Source of the DNA: Hydrurus foetidus
Taxonomy: Eukaryota
DNA length: 64,000 nucleotides
Assembly (NCBI GenBank): GCA_900617105.1
Contig: UYFQ01000023.1
Location: forward strand, 558,001-622,000
Direction: 5' to 3'
Position numbers and translations under genes: made by a program. This document shows, one piece after another, positions 48,630 to 59,264 of this stretch. Under the pieces are notes generated by a model that did not search any database, was not told where the DNA came from, and saw only the letters and a list, made by a program, of their open reading frames with translations. Numbering within the stretch: position 1 is the first letter of the stretch; every line of letters begins with the position of its first letter.

Positions 48630-50039
48630 CATCTCGTTATACACAACTCTCCCGAGCCTAAGGTATGCTGCGAATTTAATAGCATGAAACACAAGTGAAC
48701 TGGGCAAAAAGGGAGTTTGAGACGATGGATTTGGGCGACAAGAGGCGCAACAAACGTGCAATCAAGATGATGGAAGGCTTCAGCGCGATGCCCACCGGTA
48801 GCATCCCCCAAGCCTGCGGGGACTGGGCCGACACCTTGGGGGCGTACCGCTTCTTCGACAACGATGCCTTCGAATGGACTGACATCTTGGAGCCCCACGT
48901 CCAAAGCAGCATGACCCGTATGGCGGCGCACCCCGTCGTGCTGTGCATCCAAGACACCACCGAACTCGACTTCAACGGCCAACAAGCTGCGGGACTGGGA
49001 CCCCTGAGCTACGCCCCACAGCGCGGCATGTACCTGCACCCCACCTACGCCATTTCTACCACCCGCGAACCGCTGGGCGTGCTGGACGCATGGATGTGGG
49101 CACGCAAGGCAAAAAATGCTGACGGCACACGCCCCGGAGTCAGCGAGAGTTTGCGCTGGACAGAAGGCTACGAACGCCTGGCCGAGATAGCCCCGCTGCT
49201 GCCCCTTACCCGACTGGTGTACTTGGCAGACCGCGAGGCCGACATCATGGAGTTAATGGTGCGTGCCCGCGAACTCCAAACCCCGGTGGACTGGCTGGTG
49301 CGCTCCAAACACAACCGCGCACTGGGGGCGGGAGCCAAACTGTGGCCCCAAGTAACGGCCACCCAAGCCCTGGGCACGATCCGTTTCACCATGCCTGCGC
49401 GACAGGGCAAAGCCACCCGCGAGGTAGAGCAACAGGTGTGGGCTAAAACCGTGCAACTGCGCGACGGCAAAGGCGGCTTTGTCACAGCCAGCTGCATCGT
49501 GGCACGCGAGATGACACCACCAGCGGGACAGACGGCCATCGAATGGCGACTGCTGACCAACCGGGACGTGGCCACACTGGCACAGGCCACCGAGATGATC
49601 GACTGGTACCGCGCCCGCTGGGAGATAGAGATGTTCTTCCATGTCCTCAAGAACGGTTGCCACGTGGAGGCATTGCAGCTGGGCGACATTGACAGGATCG
49701 AGCGTGCGGTGGTGATGTACATGATCGTCGCGTGGCGTATTGCGCGGCTGATGCGACTGGGGCGCAGTTGCCCGGAAATGGATGCGGCACTCATGTTTGA
49801 GGCGGATGAATGGAAGGCCGCCTACATCCTGAACAAAGAAAAGATACCGGACAAGCCGCCCACCCTGAATGAAGTGGTTCGACTGGTCGCTCGTCTGGGT
49901 GGTTTCTTGGCACGCAAAGGGGATGGGGAGCCGGGTGTCAAAACCATCTGGCTGGGTATGCAGCGCATCATTGACTTCGCTGCTGGGATCAGGTTCTCAC
50001 GGGAGCTTCTGGCTCAGGGGATTTGTGTATAACGAGATG
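48630..50039 (+). mobile_element. IS4-family (IS50-like) insertion sequence, 1410 bp
   Basis: Perfect 17-bp IRs CATCTCGTTATACACAA; 9-bp target duplication CCCCAAACC at 48621-48629 and 50040-50048. Confidence 0.97.
48695..50032 (+). CDS. IS4-family transposase
   Basis: LGDKRR, IQDTTELDF, ADREAD, YRARWEIE (YREK), LGGFLARKGDGEPG. Confidence 0.95.
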   Translation: MNWAKREFETMDLGDKRRNKRAIKMMEGFSAMPTGSIPQACGDWADTLGAYRFFDNDAFEWTDILEPHVQSSMTRMAAHPVVLCIQDTTELDFNGQQAAGLGPLSYAPQRGMYLHPTYAISTTREPLGVLDAWMWARKAKNADGTRPGVSESLRWTEGYERLAEIAPLLPLTRLVYLADREADIMELMVRARELQTPVDWLVRSKHNRALGAGAKLWPQVTATQALGTIRFTMPARQGKATREVEQQVWAKTVQLRDGKGGFVTASCIVAREMTPPAGQTAIEWRLLTNRDVATLAQATEMIDWYRARWEIEMFFHVLKNGCHVEALQLGDIDRIERAVVMYMIVAWRIARLMRLGRSCPEMDAALMFEADEWKAAYILNKEKIPDKPPTLNEVVRLVARLGGFLARKGDGEPGVKTIWLGMQRIIDFAAGIRFSRELLAQGICV

Positions 50040-50252
50040 CCCCAAACCACCATACGCCTCTGCCACGGTACGCAGTGCCAATAACCCACCTGCACGGTCA
50101 TTGGGATCGTCCAGGGACTCTAGCGCTGCCTTCAAATATTCAATCGCCAGCGCCCTATCAACACTCAGCTCTGCGACTTCAGCCTCATGGTGCGACACCA
50201 CGCCTTTGAGTTTGTTCATGCCTGCATCCGTTTCCATTCCGACATTCGAAAA

Positions 50253-51230
50253 TTAAACTTGATGGTAATTACGGTACCAAGCAACAAACTTTTCAACCCC
50301 TACAGCCAAATCAGTATCGGGTTTGAAACCAACCCATGCATTTAATGCACTGACATCAGCATAAGTGCTGGGAACATCACCATTTTGCATTGGCAAATAA
50401 TTCTTTATGGCAATTTTACCTAAACTCTTTTCAATCAATTCAATAAAGTCAAGCAACTTGACTGGCGTGTGATTTCCGATATTAAAAACCAACGCAGGAA
50501 CAGGAGCTTCAGCATTCCGATGTGGTGGCTTTTCTAAAACGCGAACAACACCTTCAACAATATCATCAATGTAAGTGAAATCACGTTTCATATCGCCGTG
50601 ATTAAAAACATCAATACTTTCATTGGCGAGAATAGATTTGGCAAACAAATAATATGCCATGTCAGGCCGCCCCCATGGGCCATACACAGTAAAAAATCGA
50701 AGGCCTGTCGTCGGCAAGCCAAACAAATGACTGTAACTGTAAGCCATTAATTCATTAGATTTTTTGGTGGCTGCATAAAAACTAACGGGGTGATCTACCG
50801 AATCAGTTTCAGAAAATGGCTGCTTAACATTACCACCGTACACACTAGAACTGCTAGCGTATACCATATGCTTAATATCATGCTGTTTACAGCAATCAAG
50901 CACATTCAAAAAACCAAATAAATTACTTCTTACATATTCATGAGGATTTTCAATAGAATAACGCACACCAGCTTGAGCAGCCAAATGTAATACATTGTCA
51001 AATTTATTGTTTTTAAAAATATTTTCCAATTCAATTTGATCAACAATATTTACTTGTTTAAATTCAAAATTCTTAAATGGAAGCAACAAAGCCAAACGAT
51101 TTGCTTTCAACAAGGGATCATAATATTCATTTAAGGAGTCAATACCTAAAACTTCATACCCCATATGCAACAAGCGCAAAGCAGAGTGCATACCAATAAA
51201 ACCAGCAACACCAGTAACAAGTATTTTCAC
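50253..51230 (-). CDS. UDP-glucuronate 4-epimerase-like NAD-dependent epimerase
   Basis: TGVAGFIG, HLAAQAGVRYS, YAATKK, YGPWGRPDMA. Confidence 0.92.
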   Translation of the reverse strand: MKILVTGVAGFIGMHSALRLLHMGYEVLGIDSLNEYYDPLLKANRLALLLPFKNFEFKQVNIVDQIELENIFKNNKFDNVLHLAAQAGVRYSIENPHEYVRSNLFGFLNVLDCCKQHDIKHMVYASSSSVYGGNVKQPFSETDSVDHPVSFYAATKKSNELMAYSYSHLFGLPTTGLRFFTVYGPWGRPDMAYYLFAKSILANESIDVFNHGDMKRDFTYIDDIVEGVVRVLEKPPHRNAEAPVPALVFNIGNHTPVKLLDFIELIEKSLGKIAIKNYLPMQNGDVPSTYADVSALNAWVGFKPDTDLAVGVEKFVAWYRNYHQV

Positions 51231-51270
51231 TTAATTATATATAAATTATATTTCTCTATAAAACATCAAA

Positions 51271-52056
51271 TTAAATATTAACATTACGCCGTAAAATCCA
51301 TAACTGCCGAATTGCCAAAATTAAAAATATAGAATTAGTAATTAAATACCGCCTCCACAATCTATGTGGTTCACTTGCTAAACGGTGAAACCATTCCAGC
51401 CCAGCTTGACGCATCCATAATGGTGCCCTTTCAATAGTACCAGCATGAAAGTCAAATGCTGCTCCAACACCTAGCATGACGCACTTAACATGACGACGAT
51501 GCGAAGCCATCCATGCCTCTTGCTTAGGACAACCAAGTCCAACAAACAAAAAACTCGCACCGCTAGAATTTATTTTTTCTATCGAAGCAATATCTTCACT
51601 TAAAGTAATATTACGAAATGGAGGAGATTCGAAACCAACGATATTTAAAATTGGAAATGAGATTTTTATTTTTCCAATTAATGCATCTAATGTTGATGTA
51701 GTTCCACCGTACAAATAAATTGAAAGCTTCTCTACTTCACATCGGGCTAGCAAAGACCACATTAAATCAGGCCCACTTATTTTTTCTTGATTTTTATAAC
51801 CTGATTTTCTAACCATCCAAGCAATAGGAAATCCATCAGGTGCAACTAAGTCAGCATTAAAAATAACAGGTGCAACTAAAGCATCGCGTATGGCAGTTAC
51901 AACCACATGAACATTTGCAAAGACAACATACCGCCCGAGTGATTCTCGACCCCATATAACAAGACGGTCTAGTAGCTGTTCATTACTACCAACATCAACA
52001 GGTACATCAATCACTGCGGCTCTCACGCGTTGAAATTTTTCATTATAATTTTCCAT
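51271..52056 (-). CDS. WecB/TagA/CpsF glycosyltransferase
   Basis: APDGFP, SPPFR, VGLGCPKQE, GVGAAFDF, RLWRRY. Confidence 0.92.
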   Translation of the reverse strand: MENYNEKFQRVRAAVIDVPVDVGSNEQLLDRLVIWGRESLGRYVVFANVHVVVTAIRDALVAPVIFNADLVAPDGFPIAWMVRKSGYKNQEKISGPDLMWSLLARCEVEKLSIYLYGGTTSTLDALIGKIKISFPILNIVGFESPPFRNITLSEDIASIEKINSSGASFLFVGLGCPKQEAWMASHRRHVKCVMLGVGAAFDFHAGTIERAPLWMRQAGLEWFHRLASEPHRLWRRYLITNSIFLILAIRQLWILRRNVNI

Positions 52057-52118
52057 TAGACATACCTTAAAGCTAATTTCAAAAATTCCATAATATATTG
52101 TATATAAAATTCAAACAA

Positions 52119-53168
52119 CTAGAATCGAGACGGGAAAAATCGACCAAATATCCAACCAAACACTGAGGCAAATTCACTTCGTCTTAATCCATGGCGGTAG
52201 ATAAATATTAAATACCTGGCAAGCATACGGAAATACCTGCGATCCGCAATTACCCATCTAAATGCCAATTCACGAGAAAATACAGATTCAGGCCCATAGA
52301 CATGGTAATAGAACTTTTTTAGATTTAAAAAATTATCCGCAAAAAAATAATTTATACCAGATGACAATCTATTGCCATGGTTTGTATATGCAGCAGGATC
52401 TACATAATTAACGTTATAAATTTCTGATAGATATTTACTTAAGTAACGAGAAATTTGTATAGCTTTTAGACGTTGGGCAATTTTATTTTTCGATCCCACA
52501 TTACCACCATGCCATCGATATTTCACCAATACTTTTGGAATATTTTCAACCTGTGATAAACATATCATTTGACCGAATAAAAGATAATCTTCCGCTAAAC
52601 CTTTTACACCATCAGCAAGGAATTCAGCCTCAGCATGCTTATTTAAGCAAATACCATATTTTAAATTAAATTTCTTCAATGTAGCCAAACGCATTGCAAC
52701 CGTTGGGTGAAAAAAAGTTGTACGGAAAAGCATTGCGCATCTAATATCAAATTCAGAAATTGGTGCCTCTAGAAAATTACTTAAATTTCCCTCTCCATTA
52801 ATAACCTGCATATGCGAGCCAATCAGTGAAATATTTGGCCGAATCTTAATAAAATTAAAAATCTCTTGAAAACGATTTGGCAATGAAATATCATCTGCAT
52901 CTTGTCGTATAACAAATTCAGATTCACATAAATCCAAACCAAAATTCAAAAGATTGGATAAACCCACAGCATCAGCACACTGATACACGATAATTCGATT
53001 ATCTTTCAAACTATAGGTTTTCGCCAATTCAAAAGAACCATCATTAGATCCGTGATCTAAAATTATTAACCGCCAATCATGAAAAGACTGATTTTGAATA
53101 CTTTCAATTGAAAATCGAAAATATGGATTTCCATTTTTCACCGGCAGTAATACATCAAAATAAGACAT
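52119..53168 (-). CDS. GT2 glycosyltransferase
   Basis: DHGSND, RQDADD, HPTV, AEDY. Confidence 0.88.
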   Translation of the reverse strand: MSYFDVLLPVKNGNPYFRFSIESIQNQSFHDWRLIILDHGSNDGSFELAKTYSLKDNRIIVYQCADAVGLSNLLNFGLDLCESEFVIRQDADDISLPNRFQEIFNFIKIRPNISLIGSHMQVINGEGNLSNFLEAPISEFDIRCAMLFRTTFFHPTVAMRLATLKKFNLKYGICLNKHAEAEFLADGVKGLAEDYLLFGQMICLSQVENIPKVLVKYRWHGGNVGSKNKIAQRLKAIQISRYLSKYLSEIYNVNYVDPAAYTNHGNRLSSGINYFFADNFLNLKKFYYHVYGPESVFSRELAFRWVIADRRYFRMLARYLIFIYRHGLRRSEFASVFGWIFGRFFPSRF

Positions 53169-53183
53169 AAATTACCTCTATGT

Positions 53184-54251
53184 TTATATATTTTCATATA
53201 AATTAAATAAATTAAATTCATAATTCTTCAATGAGAATTTTTTCGAACTCTCAATAGAATTAATTTTAATAAAATCTATATTTTTATTATTAAGCAAATT
53301 TATAATTTTTTCTAAAAATTGAGCATTATCACCAGGTGTAGCAATGCATCCATTGAAATCATCATCAATTACTGATGGGATTGAACCTAATTTTGTTCCA
53401 ATTGGCACACAGCCAGAGGCCATTGCTTCGAGCATAGCTATCGGCATTCCCTCACCAGATATTGATGGCAATATAAATATTGACGACTCACGAAGTAATT
53501 CAATTTTTCTAGCTCCCATTACTACACCTTCATATTTCCAAAATTTAGTAGGAAAACAATTCAAACTTGTTAACAACGCATCTTTTAGAGGACCATCGCC
53601 ACAAATGATGATTTTAAAAATCATTCCACGTTGTATCAAGTGCTCGACAATAATAGGCAATGATTCGATATTTTTACTCTTTACTAATCGCCCTAAAAAT
53701 AAAATTTGACCATGTTTTTTTACATTTTCCTCAGTAAAATCAAAAAACTCGTCCGGTATATAATTTGGCAAAATATTTACTTTCGACTTAATTCCATAAA
53801 ATCGTACAAGAATATCAGCCTCAATTGGCCCAAGAACAATACATGCACGGGACAAGTGAATCATAAATTTAACAATCAAAACTATTGCAAAAGGAATATT
53901 GCTGTCCTTCATCCAATACCCTCCATGAAAATGGAGCACAACAGGTATTCTCAGCACTGAAGCAAGAGATAAAATTAAAAAATCTCTCAGCAACGAAAGC
54001 AAATTTAATGCAGTATTTAGATGTAATAATGTTTCATTTTTATTATCAACTTTCAAAATATCAAATACTGGCAGAAGCAAACTATTAATGCGGTTTATAA
54101 TAGTTTTATTACCATCAGAAGTCCCAAGCTTTAAATGCTGGTACAAAAATGGATATTTTTTTAATAATGGGCTAACAATTGCTGCAATCCCACTTATATT
54201 TCTTCGTTCATCCAATGAGGGGGATGAAATTAATATTTTTTTATAACGCAT
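53184..54251 (-). CDS. GT4 glycosyltransferase
   Basis: HFHGG, LFLGRL, EGMPIAMLEAMASG. Confidence 0.88.
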   Translation of the reverse strand: MRYKKILISSPSLDERRNISGIAAIVSPLLKKYPFLYQHLKLGTSDGNKTIINRINSLLLPVFDILKVDNKNETLLHLNTALNLLSLLRDFLILSLASVLRIPVVLHFHGGYWMKDSNIPFAIVLIVKFMIHLSRACIVLGPIEADILVRFYGIKSKVNILPNYIPDEFFDFTEENVKKHGQILFLGRLVKSKNIESLPIIVEHLIQRGMIFKIIICGDGPLKDALLTSLNCFPTKFWKYEGVVMGARKIELLRESSIFILPSISGEGMPIAMLEAMASGCVPIGTKLGSIPSVIDDDFNGCIATPGDNAQFLEKIINLLNNKNIDFIKINSIESSKKFSLKNYEFNLFNLYENI

Positions 54252-54756
54252 GCGCAATATGAGAAAGATTTGAATGAATCATTGAATGCGAAGGTACGCT
54301 TTTCACAATAAGGCTGCAAGCACCAATGACAGTATTAAAACCGATAGAGACCTCACCAATAATTACAACATTGCATCCAATATCAACATTCACTGATATT
54401 ACTGGAGCATGTAGTTTCTTAGCACTTGAGACACCCAAAGTCAATCCATGGCGCAATATACATTTCTTATATACCTTTGCACGAGGATGAAATGCCATAC
54501 CGAATCCATGATAAATCTTACACGAATGTCCAATATGCGTTTGTAGCGGTACATCCATGGCTAATAAATATCTAATTATTATATTATAAACAATCCTTAT
54601 TGGAAACCCAATAAATTTCAATGGTGCTGGAAAATAAAGAGTACACTTGGAAATTCTAAACATAAGAAAGAAAAAAATCGCCCTAGTGTTACCAATATTA
54701 CAAATCAAATCAAATTTTAATGATTCAATTTCAAATAGAAATCTTCTGTTTATCAT
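54241..54756 (-). CDS. Serine acetyltransferase-like (WcaB-type) hexapeptide protein
   Basis: IYHGFG, LRHGLTLG, NVDIGCN hexapeptide repeats. Confidence 0.8.
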   Translation of the reverse strand: MINRRFLFEIESLKFDLICNIGNTRAIFFFLMFRISKCTLYFPAPLKFIGFPIRIVYNIIIRYLLAMDVPLQTHIGHSCKIYHGFGMAFHPRAKVYKKCILRHGLTLGVSSAKKLHAPVISVNVDIGCNVVIIGEVSIGFNTVIGACSLIVKSVPSHSMIHSNLSHIAHAL

Positions 54757-55957
54757 AAACACAAACTCCAATTCCAAGGGAAAATAAAATATAATACCAA
54801 AAGAATACACCACCTTGCACAAACTGCACCGCGATCATTTGGTAATACAGAGAATAAGCAAGTGCTTTTTCTTGTCCTTTTGTGTACTTTTTTATAAATC
54901 TAAAAATAACTAAAAAATATGAAATAAAAATCCCAAACCCTAAAATACCATTTGTTTGATACGCATCCAAAAATCCATTATGAGAAAATATACGCAATCC
55001 AATTATCCATTCCATATAATCTTTTGTTTGCTCCAATCCGACTCCAATTAAAAAACCTTCTATACCTTCATTTATTGGGCCATATAAAGCTTGCTGCCAA
55101 AAATCAATACGACCTGATCCAAATTGATCAGCTGACTGTTCCTCTTGATATATATTAGTGCCCATCATTCGCATATGAAAAACAGGAGACAATTCCATAG
55201 CAATTCCAACGCAGATGGAACCCAATACAATTGTTGATGAAATTATAACTATTGATTTTTTAACAGTATAAGTATTCAATACATATACAATTAATCCCAC
55301 AAACAATGCCAAAAAACCTGTTCGCACATAAGTCAAATAAAGTGCAGTAAAACTTGATAAGGAGCAAATAACGATTACAAATTTTGGCAGAATTTTCATT
55401 CTAAAATAATGGAATAGTATTGTTAATGAACACGCCAATGTAACAGCTGCTAAATGCTTGTTTGCAAAAACGCCACTAAACTCCGTTCCATCAGCATCCC
55501 CGTAAATTGCCAAAGAATGAATATCTTTTATCTCGTATGGTTGTAAACCAAAAAAAAATGGAATGCATGATAGAGAAGTCCAGATCACCATAAATTTTAA
55601 AAAATCAGACTTTATAATTCCAAATGCATCAGAACTTAATGCCTCCAAGGAAGCTGGTAAAATATAAAGTTTAATTGATTCCGTGAAATCAATAAAAAAA
55701 TACTCAAACGAATGATAAATATATACGAGTGATTTAAAAAAATACGCAGTACCCAAGAAAAAATGATTAGAAGATTTTCTTTTTTGAATTACAAATACAA
55801 CACCAAGAAAAATTACCAATAATAACGATTTCCAAACCAATCCAAATTTAATAAATCCAATTTGATAATCTTCATAATATCCAATCAGAAAAAAAATGGG
55901 GCCCAAGCCAAAAAGAAGCCAAGCATAAAGTGGAATATATCTATTTATTTTTTTCAT
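54731..55957 (-). CDS. wzy: Wzy polymerase / O-antigen ligase family protein
   Basis: Polytopic; TYVRTG, SGRIDFW, FSHNGFL; located among GTs with wzx. Confidence 0.72.
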   Translation of the reverse strand: MKKINRYIPLYAWLLFGLGPIFFLIGYYEDYQIGFIKFGLVWKSLLLVIFLGVVFVIQKRKSSNHFFLGTAYFFKSLVYIYHSFEYFFIDFTESIKLYILPASLEALSSDAFGIIKSDFLKFMVIWTSLSCIPFFFGLQPYEIKDIHSLAIYGDADGTEFSGVFANKHLAAVTLACSLTILFHYFRMKILPKFVIVICSLSSFTALYLTYVRTGFLALFVGLIVYVLNTYTVKKSIVIISSTIVLGSICVGIAMELSPVFHMRMMGTNIYQEEQSADQFGSGRIDFWQQALYGPINEGIEGFLIGVGLEQTKDYMEWIIGLRIFSHNGFLDAYQTNGILGFGIFISYFLVIFRFIKKYTKGQEKALAYSLYYQMIAVQFVQGGVFFWYYILFSLGIGVCVYDKQKISI

Positions 55958-55958
55958 T

Positions 55959-56975
55959 TTATTGGAGTTTGTAATTTTTATTAATTCCCAACTCTCCATT
56001 CACCCCATCTTTAATAGCTTTACGTATTAGCCCATAACGAACCATGCGATTATTTTTTATAGCCACACAAAAAATTATCGCCATAAATATATATTTATTT
56101 AAATTAAATTCAAATAGCGATTTTGACCATATAAACCTCGAAAACCACGCATGATTTCTAATTGTATAGAAAGCTCTAAAATCTGACTCCCCTAACAGCA
56201 ATCCTTCAAATGAGTTTGAGTAGTTTTTTTGAACATTCCAAGATGATTCTAATTCAACAAGAGGGGCATTAATTATCAAACTAATATCTCCACCAAATCT
56301 TGATATTCGATATGTATATTCATGGTCATCAGCATAAAGAACCAAATCTCTATTAGGTAATCCTATTTTTTGATATAGTTTTTTACTTGCAAAAAATCCA
56401 CCATAAGGAGCAAAAGGAATTTTCACCTGTTGATTGATTTGAGTCTCAATAGTTCGATTCAAAAAATTCAAACGCTTTAATATTTTATGAGGTATTTGCA
56501 TGAAATGAAAATTAATAAACGAAGATCTCATTGGTAATGCATTGCTTGTTTTCACCCCACGAGCTATATCAAATTGATGATCCTTACGAAATCCAACAAC
56601 GGCATTTAATTTATTTTTATCATCGATTTCTTTTAACTTTAATTCGCTGTAAAGAATCTCAATTGATCCTCTGGCTGGGGCCAAATCGTCATCAAGCAAC
56701 ATTATATAATTGAAATCCAGATGAAGTGCAGCTTGAACACCAATGTAATATCCATGAGCAGAACCAAGATTATCTATATTATGAATAATGGTTATTTTTT
56801 TACCCCATGTTTCTGAAAGAATTGTTAACGAATTTTTTGACCCATTATCAACAACAAGAACCATACCAACTAAATCGCACTTCATTGCTTCTTTAATTTG
56901 TTGTTCTAAAAGTTCTAATCTACTCCCATAAGTAACTGTGACGATACATACATCAGATTTTGAATAGTTTTTCAT
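55959..56975 (-). CDS. GT2 glycosyltransferase
   Basis: VTY, VDNGS, NLGSAHG, LLDDD, DDHEYTYR. Confidence 0.87.
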   Translation of the reverse strand: MKNYSKSDVCIVTVTYGSRLELLEQQIKEAMKCDLVGMVLVVDNGSKNSLTILSETWGKKITIIHNIDNLGSAHGYYIGVQAALHLDFNYIMLLDDDLAPARGSIEILYSELKLKEIDDKNKLNAVVGFRKDHQFDIARGVKTSNALPMRSSFINFHFMQIPHKILKRLNFLNRTIETQINQQVKIPFAPYGGFFASKKLYQKIGLPNRDLVLYADDHEYTYRISRFGGDISLIINAPLVELESSWNVQKNYSNSFEGLLLGESDFRAFYTIRNHAWFSRFIWSKSLFEFNLNKYIFMAIIFCVAIKNNRMVRYGLIRKAIKDGVNGELGINKNYKLQ

Positions 56976-58225
56976 AAAACTAGAGTCCATTTTTTCGTCC
57001 ATGCAAAGATCCATCCATTAAATTTTAAGCAGCGATACATAGAAATCAAAACAAATATTTCAGTCAAATTAAAAGAAATTACGACACCGATGGCTCCAAA
57101 ATAATATGCCAACGGAATAAGTGCAATTAAATTTACTACCCCGCCTTTCACTACGATACGTCCAAAATCTTTTTCTAAACCTAAATTTAAAAGTGTTTGA
57201 ACACCAAAAATATTTGAAATCGCTGATATTAAAGGAATAAGGGAAAGCCCCTTCAACAGAAAAACTGCCTCACTATATTTACTTCCATATAGCAATTGAA
57301 TTATTAAATCAGAAAAACACAGTATAAAAATTGCAATTAATGCATTAATAAAAATAGTAATTTTAAGCAGTGTATTTAAGAAAATCTTAGCGTCCACATT
57401 ATTATATTTCATTAAATAACCAATTCGAGCATATGAAATCTGAAGTAATGTAGCAAAAAGTACAACAGGAACTGCCATTACTTTTTCAGCAGCAGTAAAA
57501 TAACCGACCATTTCATTGCCACCTAAAATTCCGAGAATAACAATATTGGTCGTAGTGTACATACTTCGAGCTATTGATGAAATAAATGTTGGCCATCCAT
57601 TTTTTAGTTTTTCAATAATATAATTTAAATTTAAACTAATCTTATTATCAAAAATTTCATTTTTAATATAATAATAACTAATTCCACCTGCAACCATTGG
57701 TATAGCGCTATTTATTGCAAGTGCATGCATCAAGTCATTTGAAGTTTTAATATAAAAATATGTTAATGGCAATGCAATTATTCTTATAGAAATTGTAATA
57801 AGTGCCAGTGATGCCAGTTTCTCCAACCCTTGATAATACCAATTTAACGTCAACACCCCTCCTATTACAAGACCATATGCTACAGACCATAAATCAAGGT
57901 CAAGAGTATTTTCTTTTAAAAAGAAAAAATAGACAAGTATTATTAAGTATCCAAATATTGCAAATATAAATTTAATAAATAAAACAGATTTGAATATTTG
58001 AGATATTTTTTTAGAATCATTTCTATTTATAGAAATATCCCTTGTTGCGCTCAATGCAAATCCATAATCAGACAGCATTACGAAATACGCAATAACAGAA
58101 ATAATGAAATTCATTTCACCATATCTCTCAGGCCCAAGGGCCCTTGTTATCCAAGGCAAAGTTAATAGCGGAATACCATAATTCGCCACCTGAATTATGA
58201 ATAACAATAATAAAGATTTATTCAT
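56972..58225 (-). CDS. wzx: Wzx flippase
   Basis: NYGIPLLTLPWITRALG, DYGFALSATR, WYYQGLEK, VGYFTAAEK. Confidence 0.9.
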   Translation of the reverse strand: MNKSLLLLFIIQVANYGIPLLTLPWITRALGPERYGEMNFIISVIAYFVMLSDYGFALSATRDISINRNDSKKISQIFKSVLFIKFIFAIFGYLIILVYFFFLKENTLDLDLWSVAYGLVIGGVLTLNWYYQGLEKLASLALITISIRIIALPLTYFYIKTSNDLMHALAINSAIPMVAGGISYYYIKNEIFDNKISLNLNYIIEKLKNGWPTFISSIARSMYTTTNIVILGILGGNEMVGYFTAAEKVMAVPVVLFATLLQISYARIGYLMKYNNVDAKIFLNTLLKITIFINALIAIFILCFSDLIIQLLYGSKYSEAVFLLKGLSLIPLISAISNIFGVQTLLNLGLEKDFGRIVVKGGVVNLIALIPLAYYFGAIGVVISFNLTEIFVLISMYRCLKFNGWIFAWTKKWTLVL

Positions 58226-58361
58226 TGAAATTAAATCCCCTAATAAAATACTTAAAAATTTGCACAGCTATGAAAAATCACTAATTTTAAATTAAATTAT
58301 GTAATTACTAGATGCATCTATATACTCTATATTAGGTACAAGTATTGCGAAGGGATAGGCC

Positions 58362-58400
58362 CTCGGTGGGGCTTAGGCGCATGGGGTGGCTTTCATGGGG
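58362..58400. repeat. 39-bp exact direct repeat (copy of 60660-60698)
   Basis: ctcggtggggcttaggcgcatggggtggctttcatgggg at both positions. Confidence 0.95.
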
Positions 58401-58647
58401 CTGTTACCGGGTAGGCAAATACGGATGCGCCGCTGGTGCGTGTAACTGCAGCCTTTAGTCGGGTAGCCAGGTCGTGACCATAAAAGATGTTGTCGCCCAG
58501 CACCAGTGCAAATGGGCCGCCATCTATAAAGTCCGCGCCAATGGTGAAGGCTTGCGCCAGCCCGTCCGGGCTGGGTTGCACGGCATATTCGAGTTTGATG
58601 CCCCAAGCGGAGCCACCGGCCAGGATGATGCCTTTACGTTGGGTCAT
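58393..58647 (-). pseudogene. rfbA: rfbA/rmlA remnant with internal deletion and 3' truncation
   Basis: RKGIILAGGS joined directly to WGIKLEYAVQPSPDGLAQAF...LVLGDNIFYG; stops after 84 aa. Confidence 0.9.
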
Positions 58648-59264
58648 GGTGCGTTCTTTTTGTGGTCGTCTGGCGTTACAAAGCCGATGGGGCGTTTAGG
58701 CATCTCAGGGGGAGTCATCAGCTCACGAAGCGCTTCAAAAACCTGTTTGAGTTGGTTGCGCGTGTTGCGGCTGAAGGTGTCGTGTTGCATGGAGATCACT
58801 TCCGTCTTTTCTTCCAGTTCGCTTAGTCGATTGGCTAACTCGCCGTGGGTAATGGCCAATTCGCGAACACGAACAAATGTGCGCATGATCTCGATGTTGA
58901 CGCCAATGGCGCGTGGGCTACCCAAAACCGACGACAACATGGCCACGCCTTGCTCGGTAAATGCGTAGGGTGCTGTGCGGCGCCCTCCGCGCCCGGTGTT
59001 TGAGGTCACAGTTTGTGACCTCAAAGCGGTGAACTCTTCGGCAGAGAGCTGGTACATGAAGTCTTGCGGAAAGCGCGCCATGTTCCGTTTAACGGCCTGC
59101 ACCAGTACCTTGGTTTGCACGCCGTAAAGCTCGGCCAGATCGGCGTCTAGCATCACACGCTGCTCGCGTAGAACCAATATGCGGCCACCAATCAGCGACT
59201 GCAGTGGAGCAACTGCCACAAGCGGGGTTGGCGCAAGAAGGGTGTCAGACGGGTCAACTTTCAC
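58644..59264 (-). CDS. ORF6N-domain DNA-binding protein
   Basis: [42 protein letters not shown]. Confidence 0.92.
   Translation of the reverse strand: MKVDPSDTLLAPTPLVAVAPLQSLIGGRILVLREQRVMLDADLAELYGVQTKVLVQAVKRNMARFPQDFMYQLSAEEFTALRSQTVTSNTGRGGRRTAPYAFTEQGVAMLSSVLGSPRAIGVNIEIMRTFVRVRELAITHGELANRLSELEEKTEVISMQHDTFSRNTRNQLKQVFEALRELMTPPEMPKRPIGFVTPDDHKKNAP

Larger units (their letters stand above)
48465..50219 (-). pseudogene. Addiction-module antidote (HI1420-like HTH) gene split by IS
   Basis: 5' half ..LLALRTVAEAYGGLG (50219-50040) and 3' half AVAAQAGISRESLYRTLSPKGNP (48620-48465) rejoin in frame. Confidence 0.9.
50250..58340. other. AT-rich horizontally acquired Wzx/Wzy polysaccharide island (8 genes)
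   Basis: Abrupt compositional shift to AT-rich sequence relative to both flanks. Confidence 0.9.
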
